The notes: generated by a model not told the origin, from the sequence alone. A stretch of DNA of 64,000 bases from Oscillospiraceae bacterium (GCA_017425545.1 JAFPFL010000007.1:20418-84417); one strand, 5' to 3'; shown: positions 36,283-46,909, counted from the first letter of the stretch. A program made the numbers and translations.

Positions 36283-38169
36283 ATGGATGAAGCGACGAAG
36301 CGTGCGGTGGAGCAATTTCACCGCGGCGAACTGATCCGCGCCTGGGAGCTGCTCGGCTGTCACCGTGCGGTTCGGGACGGCCGGGACGGTTTCCTGTTCC
36401 GCGTCTGGGCGCCGCGCGCGCGGTCGGTCAGCGTGATCGGCGACTTTAATTTCTGGAACTGTGCAGATCTTCCGATGACGAAGATCTCTGACGGGATCTG
36501 GGAGGTCTTTTCCGCCTGGGCCAGACCCGGCAGCACCTATAAATACCACGTGGTCGGCGCAGACGGCAGGCAAGTGGACAAGACCGACCCCTACGGCTTC
36601 TATACCACCTACCGCCCCGACAACTGCTCCATCGTCTACGAGCTCGAGGGCTACCGCTGGCACGACGCGCTCTACTGCGTCAACCGCGACCGCCGTGACG
36701 TCCTGCGCAGCCCCGTGAATATCTATGAAATGCACCTCGGCTCCTGGCGGCACAAGGAAGACGGCGAGCCGATGGGCTATCTCGAGGTGGCGGACCGGCT
36801 GATCCCCTACCTCAAGCAGATGGGCTACACCCACGTCGAGTTCCTGCCCCTGACGGAGTACCCCTACGACCCTTCCTGGGGCTACCAGGTGACCGGCTAC
36901 TTCTCCGCGACCTCGCGCTACGGCGAGCCGATGTTCCTGATGGAGCTGGTCGACCGTCTCCACCAGGCAGGCATCGGCGTGATCCTCGACTGGGTCCCGG
37001 CCCACTTCACGAAGGATTCAAGCGGCCTGATCGAGTTCGACGGCAGCTGCTGCTACGAGCTCTCCGACCCCTCGATGAACGAGCACCCGGACTGGGGCAC
37101 GCGCATCTTTGACTACGGCCGGCCGGAGGTCCAGTCCTTCCTGATCTCCAGCGCGGTCTTCTGGCTGGAGAAGTTCCACTTCGACGGCATCCGCGTGGAT
37201 GCGGTCGCCTCGATGCTCTACCTGGACTACAACCGCCCGAGCTACAAGCCGAACCGCTTCGGCGGCAGGGAAAACCTCGAGGCGATCGAATTCCTGCGCC
37301 GGCTCAACCGGGCGGCCTTCGAGATCCGGAAGCAGCCGATCATGGTCGCCGAGGAGTCCACAGCCTTCCCGCTGATCACCCGTCCGACGGACGTCGGCGG
37401 CCTCGGCTTCCTCTTCAAGTGGAATATGGGCTGGATGAACGACAACCTCAAATACATGTCGCTCGATCCGATCTACCGCAAATATAACCACGACAAGCTG
37501 ACGTTCTCCCTGACATACGCCTTCTCCGAGAACTACATCCTCCCGCTGAGCCATGACGAGGTGGTCCACGGCAAGTGCTCGATGGTGCAGAAGATGCCCG
37601 GCTACTATGACGACAAATTCGCAAATCTGCGCGCCTTCTTCGGCTGGCAGATGGGGCATCCCGGAAAGAAGCTGAATTTCATGGGCAACGAGTTTGCCCA
37701 GTTCATCGAGTGGAACGAGAATCAGGGCCTCGACTGGCTCCTGCTCGGCTACGACCGCCACCGCCAGATGCAGGCCTTTGTCCGTGATCTGAACCATCTC
37801 TATCTGGACAACCCCGCCTTCTGGCAGGACGATCAGGACTGGGACGGCTTCCGCTGGATCTCCTGCGACGACCGCGACAACTCTATCGTCGCCTTCCGCC
37901 GCATCGACCGCAGGGGCCATGAGATCATCGGCGTCTGCAACTTCTGCCCGGTGAAGCGCGAGCACTACCGCCTCGGCCTGCCCAAGCCCGGCGCCTACGA
38001 GCTGCTTTTGAACTCCGACGATCCGAAGTACGGCGGCTGGAGCAATGAGCTGCCGGAGATCCGGGCCGAAAAGAGCCCCTGGGGCGACCTCAGCTGCTCG
38101 GCGGAATTCACCCTGCCCCCGCTGAGCGTGCTGTTCTACCGTCCGAAGGGCCGGACAAAGCAGGCCTGA
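36283..38169 (+). CDS. glgB: 1,4-alpha-glucan branching enzyme
   Basis: Track ORF trimmed to MDEATKRAVEQF (GGAGG upstream). GH13 motifs DWVPAHF, GIRVDAV, EESTAFP, LSHDEV. Confidence 0.93.
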   Translation: MDEATKRAVEQFHRGELIRAWELLGCHRAVRDGRDGFLFRVWAPRARSVSVIGDFNFWNCADLPMTKISDGIWEVFSAWARPGSTYKYHVVGADGRQVDKTDPYGFYTTYRPDNCSIVYELEGYRWHDALYCVNRDRRDVLRSPVNIYEMHLGSWRHKEDGEPMGYLEVADRLIPYLKQMGYTHVEFLPLTEYPYDPSWGYQVTGYFSATSRYGEPMFLMELVDRLHQAGIGVILDWVPAHFTKDSSGLIEFDGSCCYELSDPSMNEHPDWGTRIFDYGRPEVQSFLISSAVFWLEKFHFDGIRVDAVASMLYLDYNRPSYKPNRFGGRENLEAIEFLRRLNRAAFEIRKQPIMVAEESTAFPLITRPTDVGGLGFLFKWNMGWMNDNLKYMSLDPIYRKYNHDKLTFSLTYAFSENYILPLSHDEVVHGKCSMVQKMPGYYDDKFANLRAFFGWQMGHPGKKLNFMGNEFAQFIEWNENQGLDWLLLGYDRHRQMQAFVRDLNHLYLDNPAFWQDDQDWDGFRWISCDDRDNSIVAFRRIDRRGHEIIGVCNFCPVKREHYRLGLPKPGAYELLLNSDDPKYGGWSNELPEIRAEKSPWGDLSCSAEFTLPPLSVLFYRPKGRTKQA

Positions 38170-38360
38170 CCCCGCTGAGACCGCATAAGCAGCACATCGG
38201 AAAGGAGCGGATGCCCCATGAACACGGCCCGCGCCCGGAAGGGCGCTGCCTGCCGGCCCGCGCGCCGCATTCCATCTGTTGATCCCCGCGCCGACGGACG
38301 CGGAGAAAATATCTGCGAATATAGCATTTACAAATAAACGCCAAAGGAGAACCGAACACC

Positions 38361-39545
38361 ATGAACTTCCCGAAGAAACGCTGCGTCGCCATGCTTCTCG
38401 CAGGCGGTCAGGGCAGCCGTCTGCTGGTCCTGACGGAGAACACCGCCAAGCCCGCCGTCCCCTTCGGCGGCAAGTACCGCATCATCGATTTCCCGCTGTC
38501 CAACTGCGTCAACTCCGGCATCGACACGGTCGGCATCCTGACCCAGTACCAGCCGCTCGAGCTCAACGAGTATATCGGCAACGGTCAGCCCTGGGGTCTG
38601 AACCGCTCCCACGGCGGCGTCTCCGTGCTTCCGCCCTACGCCCGCTCCAAGAAGTCCGAGTGGTACAAGGGCACGGCGAACGCGATCTATCAGAACATCC
38701 CCTTCATCGAGCGCTACGACCCGGAAAACGTGCTGATTCTCTCCGGCGACCACATCTACCGAATGGACTACGCGCGGATGCTCGCCTTCCATGAGTCCCG
38801 CGACGCGGACATCACGATCGCCGTCCGCAAGGTCCCGATGGAGGAGGCCTCCCGTTTCGGCATCATGAACACGAATCCGGACGATTCCATCTACGAGTTC
38901 GAGGAGAAGCCCAAGCACCCGAAGTCCAACAACGCCTCCATGGGCATCTACGTGTTCAAGTGGAGCGTGCTCAAGAAGTACCTGGTCGAAGACGAGAACA
39001 ACCCGAACTCCGACAACGACTTCGGCAAGAACGTCATCCCGGCGATTCTGGCAGACGGCGGCCGGATGTTCGCCTATCACTTCGACGGCTACTGGAAGGA
39101 CGTCGGAACGATCCACTCCCTCTGGGAGGCCAACATGGAGACTCTGGGTCTTCACCCGGCCTTCGATCTCAACGGCGGCGAGGGCAGGATCTACGCCAGA
39201 AACTACGCCCTGCCCGCGACCTATATCGACACGCACTCCAAGAACGTCAACTGCCTGATCGCCGAGGGCTGTGAGATCTACGGCGACATCCGCCACAGCG
39301 TGATCTCAACCGGCTGCCGGGTCGGCAGGGAAGTGAAGATCGAGGATTCCGTGATCATGCCGAACGTCGTGATCGAGGACGGCGCGATCATCCGCAACGC
39401 GATCATCGGCGAGGGCTGCCACATCTGCTCCGGCGCCGTCATCGGCGGCACCTTCCGCGAAGATGAGCAGCGGCAGATTTCCGTGCTGGGCAAGAACCAC
39501 CGGATCGAGATCAATCAGGTCGTCAAACCCGGCGAAGTCCTTTAA
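38361..39545 (+). CDS. glgC: Glucose-1-phosphate adenylyltransferase catalytic subunit
   Basis: [31 protein letters not shown]. Confidence 0.93.
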   Translation: MNFPKKRCVAMLLAGGQGSRLLVLTENTAKPAVPFGGKYRIIDFPLSNCVNSGIDTVGILTQYQPLELNEYIGNGQPWGLNRSHGGVSVLPPYARSKKSEWYKGTANAIYQNIPFIERYDPENVLILSGDHIYRMDYARMLAFHESRDADITIAVRKVPMEEASRFGIMNTNPDDSIYEFEEKPKHPKSNNASMGIYVFKWSVLKKYLVEDENNPNSDNDFGKNVIPAILADGGRMFAYHFDGYWKDVGTIHSLWEANMETLGLHPAFDLNGGEGRIYARNYALPATYIDTHSKNVNCLIAEGCEIYGDIRHSVISTGCRVGREVKIEDSVIMPNVVIEDGAIIRNAIIGEGCHICSGAVIGGTFREDEQRQISVLGKNHRIEINQVVKPGEVL

Positions 39546-39562
39546 GGCAGGAGGTAGAAACC

Positions 39563-40684
39563 ATGAAAAACGTAATGGCGCTCGTATTTGCCAACATCTA
39601 TGACAGCTCCCTCGGCCAGCTCACCAACAAGCGCACGCTGGCGTCTCTGCCCTTCGGCGGCCGCTACCGCCAGATTGACTTCGCGCTTTCGAACCTCTCC
39701 AACGCGGGCGTGCGGCACATCGGCATCGTCACGCAGTACAACTACCAGAGCCTGATGAACCACATCGGCGCCGGCGAGGAGTGGGACCTGGAGCTCGAAG
39801 AGGGAGGCCTGGAGTATATCACGCCCTATTCGATGGGCATCTCGACGACCTTCCGCGGCAAGCTGGAGGCGATTTACGCGGCAACCAAGAGCTTCCTTGC
39901 GATCGGCAAGGAGGAATATGTGATCCTGGCCGACGCGGCCGTGGTCTGCGCCATCAACCTCGACGAGGTGATCCAGGCGCACATCGACTCCGGCAGAGAC
40001 GTGACCGTCGTCGTCAAGTCCGGCATCGCCAACGGACAGAAGCAGCTCGACCTCGCGGTCAGCCTCGATGAGGACGGCGAGATCTCCGACATGGCCGTCG
40101 ACTACGCGGCGCCCTCCGAATTCCTGGCCTCCATGGGCATCTTCGTCATGCGCAAGGAGCTGCTGATGGAAGCCGCCGAGGCCTGCGTCGCTCACAACCG
40201 CTACCGCTTCGAGCGGGACTTCATCCTCCAGGATTGGGCGGACGGAAAGCTCTCCGTCGGCGCCTGGGAGTTCGGCGACGTCGCCTTCTTCAACGAGTCG
40301 ACCGAGGAGTACTTCCGCAACAACCTCGCGATCATCGACAGGAACATCCGCCACAGCCTCTACCGCGACGATCTGACCATCTACACCCGCGTCCGCGACC
40401 AGGTTCCCACCTACTACGGCGAGGGCAGCGAGGTCGACGACTGCATCGTGGCCGACGGCTGCACCCTGCTCGGCAGAGTGGAAAACTCCGTTCTCTTCCG
40501 CGGCGTCCGGGTCTCCACCGGCGCGGTCGTGAAGAACTGCGTGGTCATGTCCCGCTCCGAGATCGGCATCGGCGCGCAGCTGGAATACTGCATCCTGGAC
40601 AAGGAAGTCCGGATCTCCGCCGGCGTCAAGCTGATCGGCACGCCGGAGCACCCGGTCATCCTGAATCGAGGTGACGTCGTATGA
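39563..40684 (+). CDS. glgD: Glucose-1-phosphate adenylyltransferase regulatory subunit GlgD
   Basis: GlgC paralogue lacking the GGxGxRL motif (FGGRYRQIDF retained). Firmicutes-type glgCD pair. Confidence 0.88.
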   Translation: MKNVMALVFANIYDSSLGQLTNKRTLASLPFGGRYRQIDFALSNLSNAGVRHIGIVTQYNYQSLMNHIGAGEEWDLELEEGGLEYITPYSMGISTTFRGKLEAIYAATKSFLAIGKEEYVILADAAVVCAINLDEVIQAHIDSGRDVTVVVKSGIANGQKQLDLAVSLDEDGEISDMAVDYAAPSEFLASMGIFVMRKELLMEAAEACVAHNRYRFERDFILQDWADGKLSVGAWEFGDVAFFNESTEEYFRNNLAIIDRNIRHSLYRDDLTIYTRVRDQVPTYYGEGSEVDDCIVADGCTLLGRVENSVLFRGVRVSTGAVVKNCVVMSRSEIGIGAQLEYCILDKEVRISAGVKLIGTPEHPVILNRGDVV

Positions 40685-42111
40685 GGATCGCGATGGCCGC
40701 TTCCGAGGCGGCGCCATATATCAAGACCGGCGGCCTCGGAGACGTCCTTCAGGCGCTTCCCCGCGCGCTCGCGGATCTTCCGGAGAACGACGTTGCGCTC
40801 TTTCTGCCCTACTACAAGAAGATCAAGGACAACCCGGCGATCCGGGCGGAGTTTCTGGCCTCCTTCACGGTCAACCTGACCTGGCGGCAGCAGTACGTCG
40901 GCCTGTTCCGCTGCGAGACCGGGCGGAAGAACCTCCAGGTCTACCTTATCGACAACGAGTACTACTTCCTCCGCGAGGGAACCTACGGCTTCTATGACGA
41001 CGGCGAGCGCTTCGCCTACTTCTCCAAGGCCGTCCTGGCCTGCATGAACTGGCTCGATTTCCGTCCCGAGATCCTGCATTGCCACGACTGGCAGACGGCG
41101 CTGATCCCCGTCTATCTGGACGCGGAATTCCGCGGCTGCTTCCCGGACACCAGGACGGTGTTCACGATCCACAACGTCGAGTACCAGGGCAAGATCGCGC
41201 CGGAGTTCTTCAACGACGTGCTCGGCCTCGATGATTACTGGCGCGGCGTGTGCAGCTTCGACGGCTGCGTGAACTTCATGAAGGCCGCCGTCACCCGGGC
41301 GAACGTCGTCACCACGGTGTCCGAGACCTATGCCAGCGAGCTCCGCTATCCCTATTATGCCCACGGCCTTTCCGGCATTCTGGCCTCCAGAGGGCAGAAC
41401 CTGCGCGGGATCACGAACGGCATCGACGTCAGCGTCTACGACCCGGCCACGGACAAGGCGCTTGCGAAGAACTTCACCGAGCAGACCTTCGCCGACAAGC
41501 AGATCAACAAGCGCGCGCTGCAGAAGGAGCTCGGCCTCGGGCAGACGGACGCCCCGATCCTTGCCATGGTCACGAGACTGGTCGGGCACAAGGGCATCGA
41601 CATCCTCTGCTTCATCATCCGCAGACTCCTGGAGCGGGACCTCCAGCTCGTCATCGTCGGCACCGGCGACGCGAAGTATGAGCACGCCCTCATGGCGGTC
41701 GCGGCCGACTATCCGGGCAAGTTCTCGATGAACCTCCGCTTCGACTCCGGCCTGGCCTCCCGCGTCTACGCGGGCTCGGACATCTACCTGATGCCCTCGA
41801 GATCGGAGCCCTGCGGCCTGAGCCAGCTCATCGCCATGCACTATGGCACGGTCCCCGTCGTCAACGCGACCGGCGGCCTCAAGGATACGGTCCCGCCCTT
41901 CAACCCCGAGACCGGCGAGGGCAGGGGCTACACCTTCCAGAGTTACAACGGCGACGACTTCCTCGGCGCCATCGACCGCGCCCTCGGCGATTACTTCAAC
42001 AACCGCGCCGCCTGGGACGCGCTGGCCCGGAAGGACATGCGCGAGGACTTCAGCTGGCGCGTGCCCGCCGCGAAGTATATGGAGATGTACAGGGGCATGC
42101 TCGCCGAATGA
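40681..42111 (+). CDS. glgA: Glycogen synthase
   Basis: SEAAPYIKTGGLGDV, HCHDWQTAL, PSRSEPCGLSQL. Confidence 0.94.
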   Translation: MRIAMAASEAAPYIKTGGLGDVLQALPRALADLPENDVALFLPYYKKIKDNPAIRAEFLASFTVNLTWRQQYVGLFRCETGRKNLQVYLIDNEYYFLREGTYGFYDDGERFAYFSKAVLACMNWLDFRPEILHCHDWQTALIPVYLDAEFRGCFPDTRTVFTIHNVEYQGKIAPEFFNDVLGLDDYWRGVCSFDGCVNFMKAAVTRANVVTTVSETYASELRYPYYAHGLSGILASRGQNLRGITNGIDVSVYDPATDKALAKNFTEQTFADKQINKRALQKELGLGQTDAPILAMVTRLVGHKGIDILCFIIRRLLERDLQLVIVGTGDAKYEHALMAVAADYPGKFSMNLRFDSGLASRVYAGSDIYLMPSRSEPCGLSQLIAMHYGTVPVVNATGGLKDTVPPFNPETGEGRGYTFQSYNGDDFLGAIDRALGDYFNNRAAWDALARKDMREDFSWRVPAAKYMEMYRGMLAE

Positions 42112-42149
42112 AGCGGCATGCCCGCGCAGGAGATGTCGCCATGTTCTTC

Positions 42150-42177
42150 TTGACAACGAAGAAATTCGATGTATAAT
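42150..42177 (+). promoter_or_regulatory. Candidate sigma-A promoter for lipoprotein gene
   Basis: TTGACA, 16-nt spacer, TGtTATAAT. Confidence 0.6.
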
Positions 42178-42227
42178 AAAAACTGGCATCTGCCACTTCA
42201 TGTAAGAAAACAGAAAGGAACAATGAA

Positions 42228-42887
42228 ATGAAAAAGTTCACCAAATTCGCAGCGCTTTTCCTGACCCTGGCTCTCGTATTCTCCTTTGCCGCCTGCTCCA
42301 ACCAGGGCAAAACCGCCAAGGCTCCCGATGGCAAGGCTCCCGAAGCCAAGGTAACGATCGTCGGCGACTGGAAATGCTCCATTGACATGAGCAAGGTCAT
42401 CGAGCAGAGCATGGAAGACAGCGGCAAGGACGTCGCCCAGTACTTCGACTTCAGCGGCCTGAAGATGGTCATGAACTTGACCTTCAAGGAGGACGGAACC
42501 GTTCGCATGTCCGCCGACGCCAAGAAGTTGATCGAGGATATTCGTCAGCCCATGAAGGATGGCCTTGTCAAGTACATTGAGAGCCTCGGCATGACCGAAG
42601 AAGATTTCGAATCTGCCAGCGGCATGAAGCTCAGCAGCATGATCGACGAGCTTGTGAACCAGATGGCCTCCAGCGACGACCTTGCCATGGAAAAGGAAGG
42701 CAAGTACAAGCTCGAGGGCGACAAGCTCTTCCTGATCGAGGACGGCGAGGAGTTCAAGGACGACGACTACTGCACCATCACCCTTTCCGCCGATGAGTTC
42801 CGCATCACCGAGATCCACGGCGAGCTCGAGGACGACGACACCTTCGAGACCATGAAGAATGTGCTGCCCCTGGTCTTCACCCGCTGA
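42228..42887 (+). CDS. Hypothetical lipoprotein
   Basis: Signal peptide with lipobox FAAC. Acidic ~190-aa mature domain. No family recognised. Confidence 0.75.
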   Translation: MKKFTKFAALFLTLALVFSFAACSNQGKTAKAPDGKAPEAKVTIVGDWKCSIDMSKVIEQSMEDSGKDVAQYFDFSGLKMVMNLTFKEDGTVRMSADAKKLIEDIRQPMKDGLVKYIESLGMTEEDFESASGMKLSSMIDELVNQMASSDDLAMEKEGKYKLEGDKLFLIEDGEEFKDDDYCTITLSADEFRITEIHGELEDDDTFETMKNVLPLVFTR

Positions 42888-42936
42888 GTCCGTCCTGTAG
42901 CGAAAGCTGCCGATTTTCACGGAACCACGGAAATCA

Positions 42937-42970
42937 CAGATCCTTCCGGAAACGGGAGGATCTGTTTTTT
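42937..42970 (+). terminator. Intrinsic terminator
   Basis: CAGATCCT...AGGATCTG stem followed by TTTTTT. Confidence 0.8.
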
Positions 42971-43011
42971 GCCCCGACGCCGGAAATCTGTAAAATTCCG
43001 TGAAAAAAGAA

Positions 43012-43040
43012 TTGACTTTTGCCGCATGGCGTGGTATCAT
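43012..43040 (+). promoter_or_regulatory. Sigma-A promoter of the rplU-prp-rpmA operon
   Basis: TTGACT, 17-nt spacer, TGgTATCAT extended -10. An 84-nt leader follows (possible L21-leader-type element, not verified). Confidence 0.65.
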
Positions 43041-43124
43041 GTTTCAGCCGCATTGAAAAGGTTATAAGCACAGGACTGCCCTGTCACCTTCAGAGCGAGA
43101 CTACAGAAAGGTAGAGATTGTGTT

Positions 43125-43436
43125 ATGCAGGCGATTATCGTTACCGGCGGCAAGCAGTACAACGTCAGCGAAGGCGATGAGCTCTTCATCGAGAAGCTGA
43201 ACGTCGAGGCTGAAGACACCGTAACTTTCGATCATGTGCTGGCTATCGTTGACGGCGAGAATTCCCGTTTCGGTACCCCCGTGGTGAACGGCGCTTCCGT
43301 GGAAGCCAAGGTCATCAAGAACGGCAAGGCCAAGAAGGTCGTTGTGTTCAAGTACCGCCCCAAGAAGGACAGCAAGTCCCTCCGCGGCCACAGACAGCCC
43401 TACACCAAGGTCAAGATTGAAAAGATCAACGCTTAA
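43125..43436 (+). CDS. rplU: 50S ribosomal protein L21
   Basis: [18 protein letters not shown]... Confidence 0.95.
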   Translation: MQAIIVTGGKQYNVSEGDELFIEKLNVEAEDTVTFDHVLAIVDGENSRFGTPVVNGASVEAKVIKNGKAKKVVVFKYRPKKDSKSLRGHRQPYTKVKIEKINA

Positions 43437-43438
43437 TC

Positions 43439-43762
43439 ATGATTAAGGTCGAGTTTTTCAGTCAAGAAGGCAGAAGGACGGGCTTTTCCGTCTCCGGCCA
43501 CAGCGGCTACGCTGAGGCAGGCGCAGATGTGATCTGCGCGGCGGTGACAGCCATTGTCCGATATGCCGAAGCGACGCTCAACGACATCCTGGGCGTAGGT
43601 GCCAAAACCAGGGTTGATGCGGAGAAAGCTCTGATCACCCTGACCCTTCCCGCAAGCTGTGAGGACGAGGACACGGTCCAGGCGATTCTGGACGGCATGA
43701 TGCTGACCCTTGTCTCCCTGCGGGATGAAAATCCTGATTATATCGAAGTTATGGAGGTGTAA
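43439..43762 (+). CDS. prp: Ribosomal-processing cysteine protease Prp
   Basis: GHSGYAEAGADVICAAVT. Lies between rplU and rpmA. Confidence 0.9.
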   Translation: MIKVEFFSQEGRRTGFSVSGHSGYAEAGADVICAAVTAIVRYAEATLNDILGVGAKTRVDAEKALITLTLPASCEDEDTVQAILDGMMLTLVSLRDENPDYIEVMEV

Positions 43763-43765
43763 CAA

Positions 43766-44047
43766 ATGCTGAACATCGGTTTACAGTTCTTCGCCCATAA
43801 AAAGGGCGGCGGCTCCACCAAGAACGGTCGTGATTCCGAGTCCAAGCGGCTTGGCGTGAAGCGCGGCGACGGACAGTTCGTCCTGGCCGGCAACATTCTG
43901 GTTCGCCAGAGAGGCACCCATATCCATCCGGGCAACAACGTCGGGATCGGAAGCGATGACACCCTCTTTGCGCTGATTGACGGTAAGGTCAAGTTCGAGC
44001 GTATGGGCAAGGATCGCAAGATGTGCTCCGTCTACGCGGAACAGTAA
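43766..44047 (+). CDS. rpmA: 50S ribosomal protein L27 (with Prp-cleaved N-terminal extension)
   Basis: [24 protein letters not shown]; the FFAHKK junction is typical of Prp substrates. Confidence 0.95.
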   Translation: MLNIGLQFFAHKKGGGSTKNGRDSESKRLGVKRGDGQFVLAGNILVRQRGTHIHPGNNVGIGSDDTLFALIDGKVKFERMGKDRKMCSVYAEQ

Positions 44048-44060
44048 TCAATAATCACAG

Positions 44061-44088
44061 GGCCGGAACATAGATTGTTCCGGCCTTT
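44061..44088 (+). terminator. Intrinsic terminator or attenuator after rpmA
   Basis: GGCCGGAACA-TAGAT-TGTTCCGGCC followed by TTTGG. Confidence 0.65.
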
Positions 44089-44147
44089 GGCGTATATCAG
44101 GCAATAGGCAATCGGCACTAGTCCGCCCTACGCAGGAGGTTGATACC

Positions 44148-45422
44148 ATGTTTGTCGATCAAGTGAAAATATCCGTCAAGGCAGGCGCCGGCGGAAACGG
44201 CGCGGTGGCCTTCCACCGCGAAAAATATGTGGCGGCCGGCGGCCCGGACGGCGGCGACGGCGGTCACGGCGGCAGCGTCGTGCTCAAGGTGGACGACAAT
44301 CTCTCCACCCTGATGGACTTCCGCTACAAGCGCAAATACGTCGCGCCGAACGGCGAGGACGGCCAGGGCAAGCGCTGCGCCGGCAAGCGCGGCGAGGACC
44401 TGATCATCAAGATCCCCCGCGGCACGGTCGTCCGTGACGCGGAGACCGGGGCGATCATCCAGGACATGTCCGAGGTCGAGGAATACGTGCTCTGCAAGGG
44501 CGGCCGCGGCGGCTGGGGCAACAAGCACTTTGCCACGCCCACGCGCCAGATCCCGCGCTTTGCCAAGGCCGGCCTGCCCGGCGAGGAGCACGAGGTCATC
44601 CTGGAGCTCAAGCTCCTGGCCGACGTCGGCCTGGTCGGCTTCCCGAACGTGGGCAAATCCACGCTCCTGTCCGTGACCTCGAACGCCCATCCGAAGATCG
44701 CGAACTACCACTTCACCACCCTCTACCCGAACCTCGGCGTCATCTACGTCGACGAGGGCGTCAGCTTCGTCATGGCGGACATCCCCGGCATCATCGAGGG
44801 CGCCGCGGAGGGCGCCGGCCTCGGCCACGACTTCCTGCGCCACATCGACCGCTGCCGCCTGATCGTCCACATCGTGGACGTCTCCGGGTCCGAGGACCGC
44901 GACCCGGTCGAGGACTTCCGGAAGATCAACCGGGAGCTGGCCGAGTATTCGCCGGAGCTGGCCGCCCGTCCGATGATCGTCGCGGCCAACAAGATCGACC
45001 TGATCCCCGAAGGCAGCGACAACCTCGAGCGCCTGCGCGCCTGCGTCGAGGCGCAGGGCATGGAGCTCTATGAGATCTCCGCCGCGACCACGCAGGGCAC
45101 GAAGCAGCTCATGCGCACCGTCGCTGCCAAGCTCCGCGAGCTGCCGCCCGTCACGGTCTACGAGCCCGACTACGTCAAGCCGCTCGCGGAGGCCGGCGAG
45201 GCCGAGGATCTCCAGATCGAGCACTTCGGCAGCACCTGGGTCGTCTCCGGCAAGTGGCTGGCGCGCCTGATCAACGACATCAATTTCGAAGATTTCGAGT
45301 CGCGCAGCTACTTCGACCGCCAGCTCCGCAAATCCGGCCTCTTCGCCCGGCTCGAGGAGATGGGCATCGAGGACGGCGACACGGTCTCGATCTACGACTT
45401 CGAGTTCGACTACGAACGCTGA
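44148..45422 (+). CDS. obg: GTPase Obg/CgtA
   Basis: Gly-rich Obg fold, GFPNVGKST, DIPGIIEGA, C-terminal OCT domain. Confidence 0.95.
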   Translation: MFVDQVKISVKAGAGGNGAVAFHREKYVAAGGPDGGDGGHGGSVVLKVDDNLSTLMDFRYKRKYVAPNGEDGQGKRCAGKRGEDLIIKIPRGTVVRDAETGAIIQDMSEVEEYVLCKGGRGGWGNKHFATPTRQIPRFAKAGLPGEEHEVILELKLLADVGLVGFPNVGKSTLLSVTSNAHPKIANYHFTTLYPNLGVIYVDEGVSFVMADIPGIIEGAAEGAGLGHDFLRHIDRCRLIVHIVDVSGSEDRDPVEDFRKINRELAEYSPELAARPMIVAANKIDLIPEGSDNLERLRACVEAQGMELYEISAATTQGTKQLMRTVAAKLRELPPVTVYEPDYVKPLAEAGEAEDLQIEHFGSTWVVSGKWLARLINDINFEDFESRSYFDRQLRKSGLFARLEEMGIEDGDTVSIYDFEFDYER

Positions 45423-45731
45423 GGCATTCGGCAGCTTCGCTGTCACCGGCTCGCAAGCCGGTGACTGAAGCCGATCTGTGCAGAGCGGTCGTTCGTCTCC
45501 ACCCGCAGGGGCGCACACCTGTGCGCCAGCCGAGGGAGTTGATCGTTGAGAATTGAGAATCGGGAGGTAATCGCTCCGCGCCGGTTTCCTGCGACAGCCT
45601 TCCCCTTGAGGGGAAGGGGAAGCGCCAAGGGCGGCGATTCTCCGCTTGCTCCGGTATTCGCAGCCATGCATCTGCCCCACAAGCGAACCGTGCATCCCCC
45701 GCACGTTTTTTGAAATCGACGCATACGACCA

Positions 45732-45770
45732 GGGACCGGTTCGGGCGATCTGCCCGAACCGGTCCCTTTT
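45732..45770 (+). terminator. Strong hairpin terminator between obg and the convergent nifS-like gene
   Basis: GGGACCGGTTCGGGC-GATCT-GCCCGAACCGGTCCC followed by TTTT; flanked by GCATACGA/TCGTATGC. Confidence 0.8.
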
Positions 45771-45779
45771 CGTATGCAA

Positions 45780-46904
45780 TTATCGCAGCCGCTCCGCTGC
45801 TTCCCGCACAGCGTCGACGAGCTGCCCGACCTCCGCCTCGGTCGTAAACCGGCTCAGGCTGGCGCGCACCGAGCCGTCGATCAGCGCGGGGTCGATCCCC
45901 ATCGCCTCCAGCACGTGGCTGCGGTGGCCCTTGGCGCAGGCAGAGCCCGCCGAAACGTAGACCTCCTGGTCCTGCAGGCAGTTGATCAGCCCCTGCGAGC
46001 GCACGCCGGGGATCGCGAAGCTGACGATGTGCGGCGCCTCGTGCGCGCCGACGATCTGAACGCCCGGAATCGCGGAGAGCCCTTCGATCAGCATGTTTTT
46101 CAGCCGCTCCTCCTCCGCCAGCTCTGCCCGGAGATCGGCCGAGGCCGCCGCGCAGGCCGCGCCGAAGCCCAGGATCGCCGGGACCGCCTCTGTGCCGGAG
46201 CGGTAGCCGCGTTCCTGCCCGCCGCCGTAGAGATAGGGCGGCAGGCTCAGGCCCTTGCGGATGTAGAGCGCGCCGGCGCCCTTCGGCCCGTGGACCTTGT
46301 GCGAGCTGATCGAGATCAGATCCGCCTCCAGCGCCGAGACCCGGAGCGGGAGCTTCAAAAACGCCTGCACCGCGTCGGTGTGGAACAGGGCGCTCGGCGC
46401 GAGCCGGTGCGTCAGCTTTGCCATCGCGCCGACCGGCATCACCGAGCCGACCTCATTGTTCGCGGCCATCACGGAGACCAGGACCGTGTCCTTCCGCAGG
46501 GCGGCGCGGAGGTCGTCCACGGTGATCCGTCCCTCCCGGTCCGGCCTCAGATAGGTGACCTCGAAGCCCTGGGCCTCCAGCTCGCGCATCGGGTTGAGCA
46601 CCGCGTGGTGCTCGATCGCCGTTGTGACGATGTGCCTGCCGCGCTTCTGCATCCGCTTCGCAGTCGAGAAGATCGCCCAGTTGTCGGCCTCGGTGCCGCC
46701 CGCCGTAAAGAAGATCCGATCGGGATCCGCACCAAGCGGCTCCGCGACGCTGCGCCGCGCTTCGCTCACGCGCTTTTCGGCCTCGATGCCGAGCCTGTGC
46801 AGGGAGCTCGGGTTGCCCCAGACCTCCGTCATCGCCTCCACCACGGCCTGCACCGCCTCGGGGCAGGGCCGCGTGGTGGCGGAATTGTCAAAATATGCGC
46901 CCAT
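45780..46904 (-). CDS. Cysteine desulfurase (NifS/IscS class)
   Basis: SSHKVHGPKGAGALYIRKG (PLP-Lys), SAGSACA active-site Cys loop. Confidence 0.9.
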   Translation of the reverse strand: MGAYFDNSATTRPCPEAVQAVVEAMTEVWGNPSSLHRLGIEAEKRVSEARRSVAEPLGADPDRIFFTAGGTEADNWAIFSTAKRMQKRGRHIVTTAIEHHAVLNPMRELEAQGFEVTYLRPDREGRITVDDLRAALRKDTVLVSVMAANNEVGSVMPVGAMAKLTHRLAPSALFHTDAVQAFLKLPLRVSALEADLISISSHKVHGPKGAGALYIRKGLSLPPYLYGGGQERGYRSGTEAVPAILGFGAACAAASADLRAELAEEERLKNMLIEGLSAIPGVQIVGAHEAPHIVSFAIPGVRSQGLINCLQDQEVYVSAGSACAKGHRSHVLEAMGIDPALIDGSVRASLSRFTTEAEVGQLVDAVREAAERLR

Positions 46905-46909
46905 AATTC

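Noticed and set aside
43041-43124. Calling the rplU leader a defined L21-leader ncRNA
   Set aside because: The position and length are consistent with a ribosomal-protein leader, and one small hairpin (ACAGG/CCTGT) is visible. I cannot verify the family consensus by eye, so it is mentioned only in the promoter feature.
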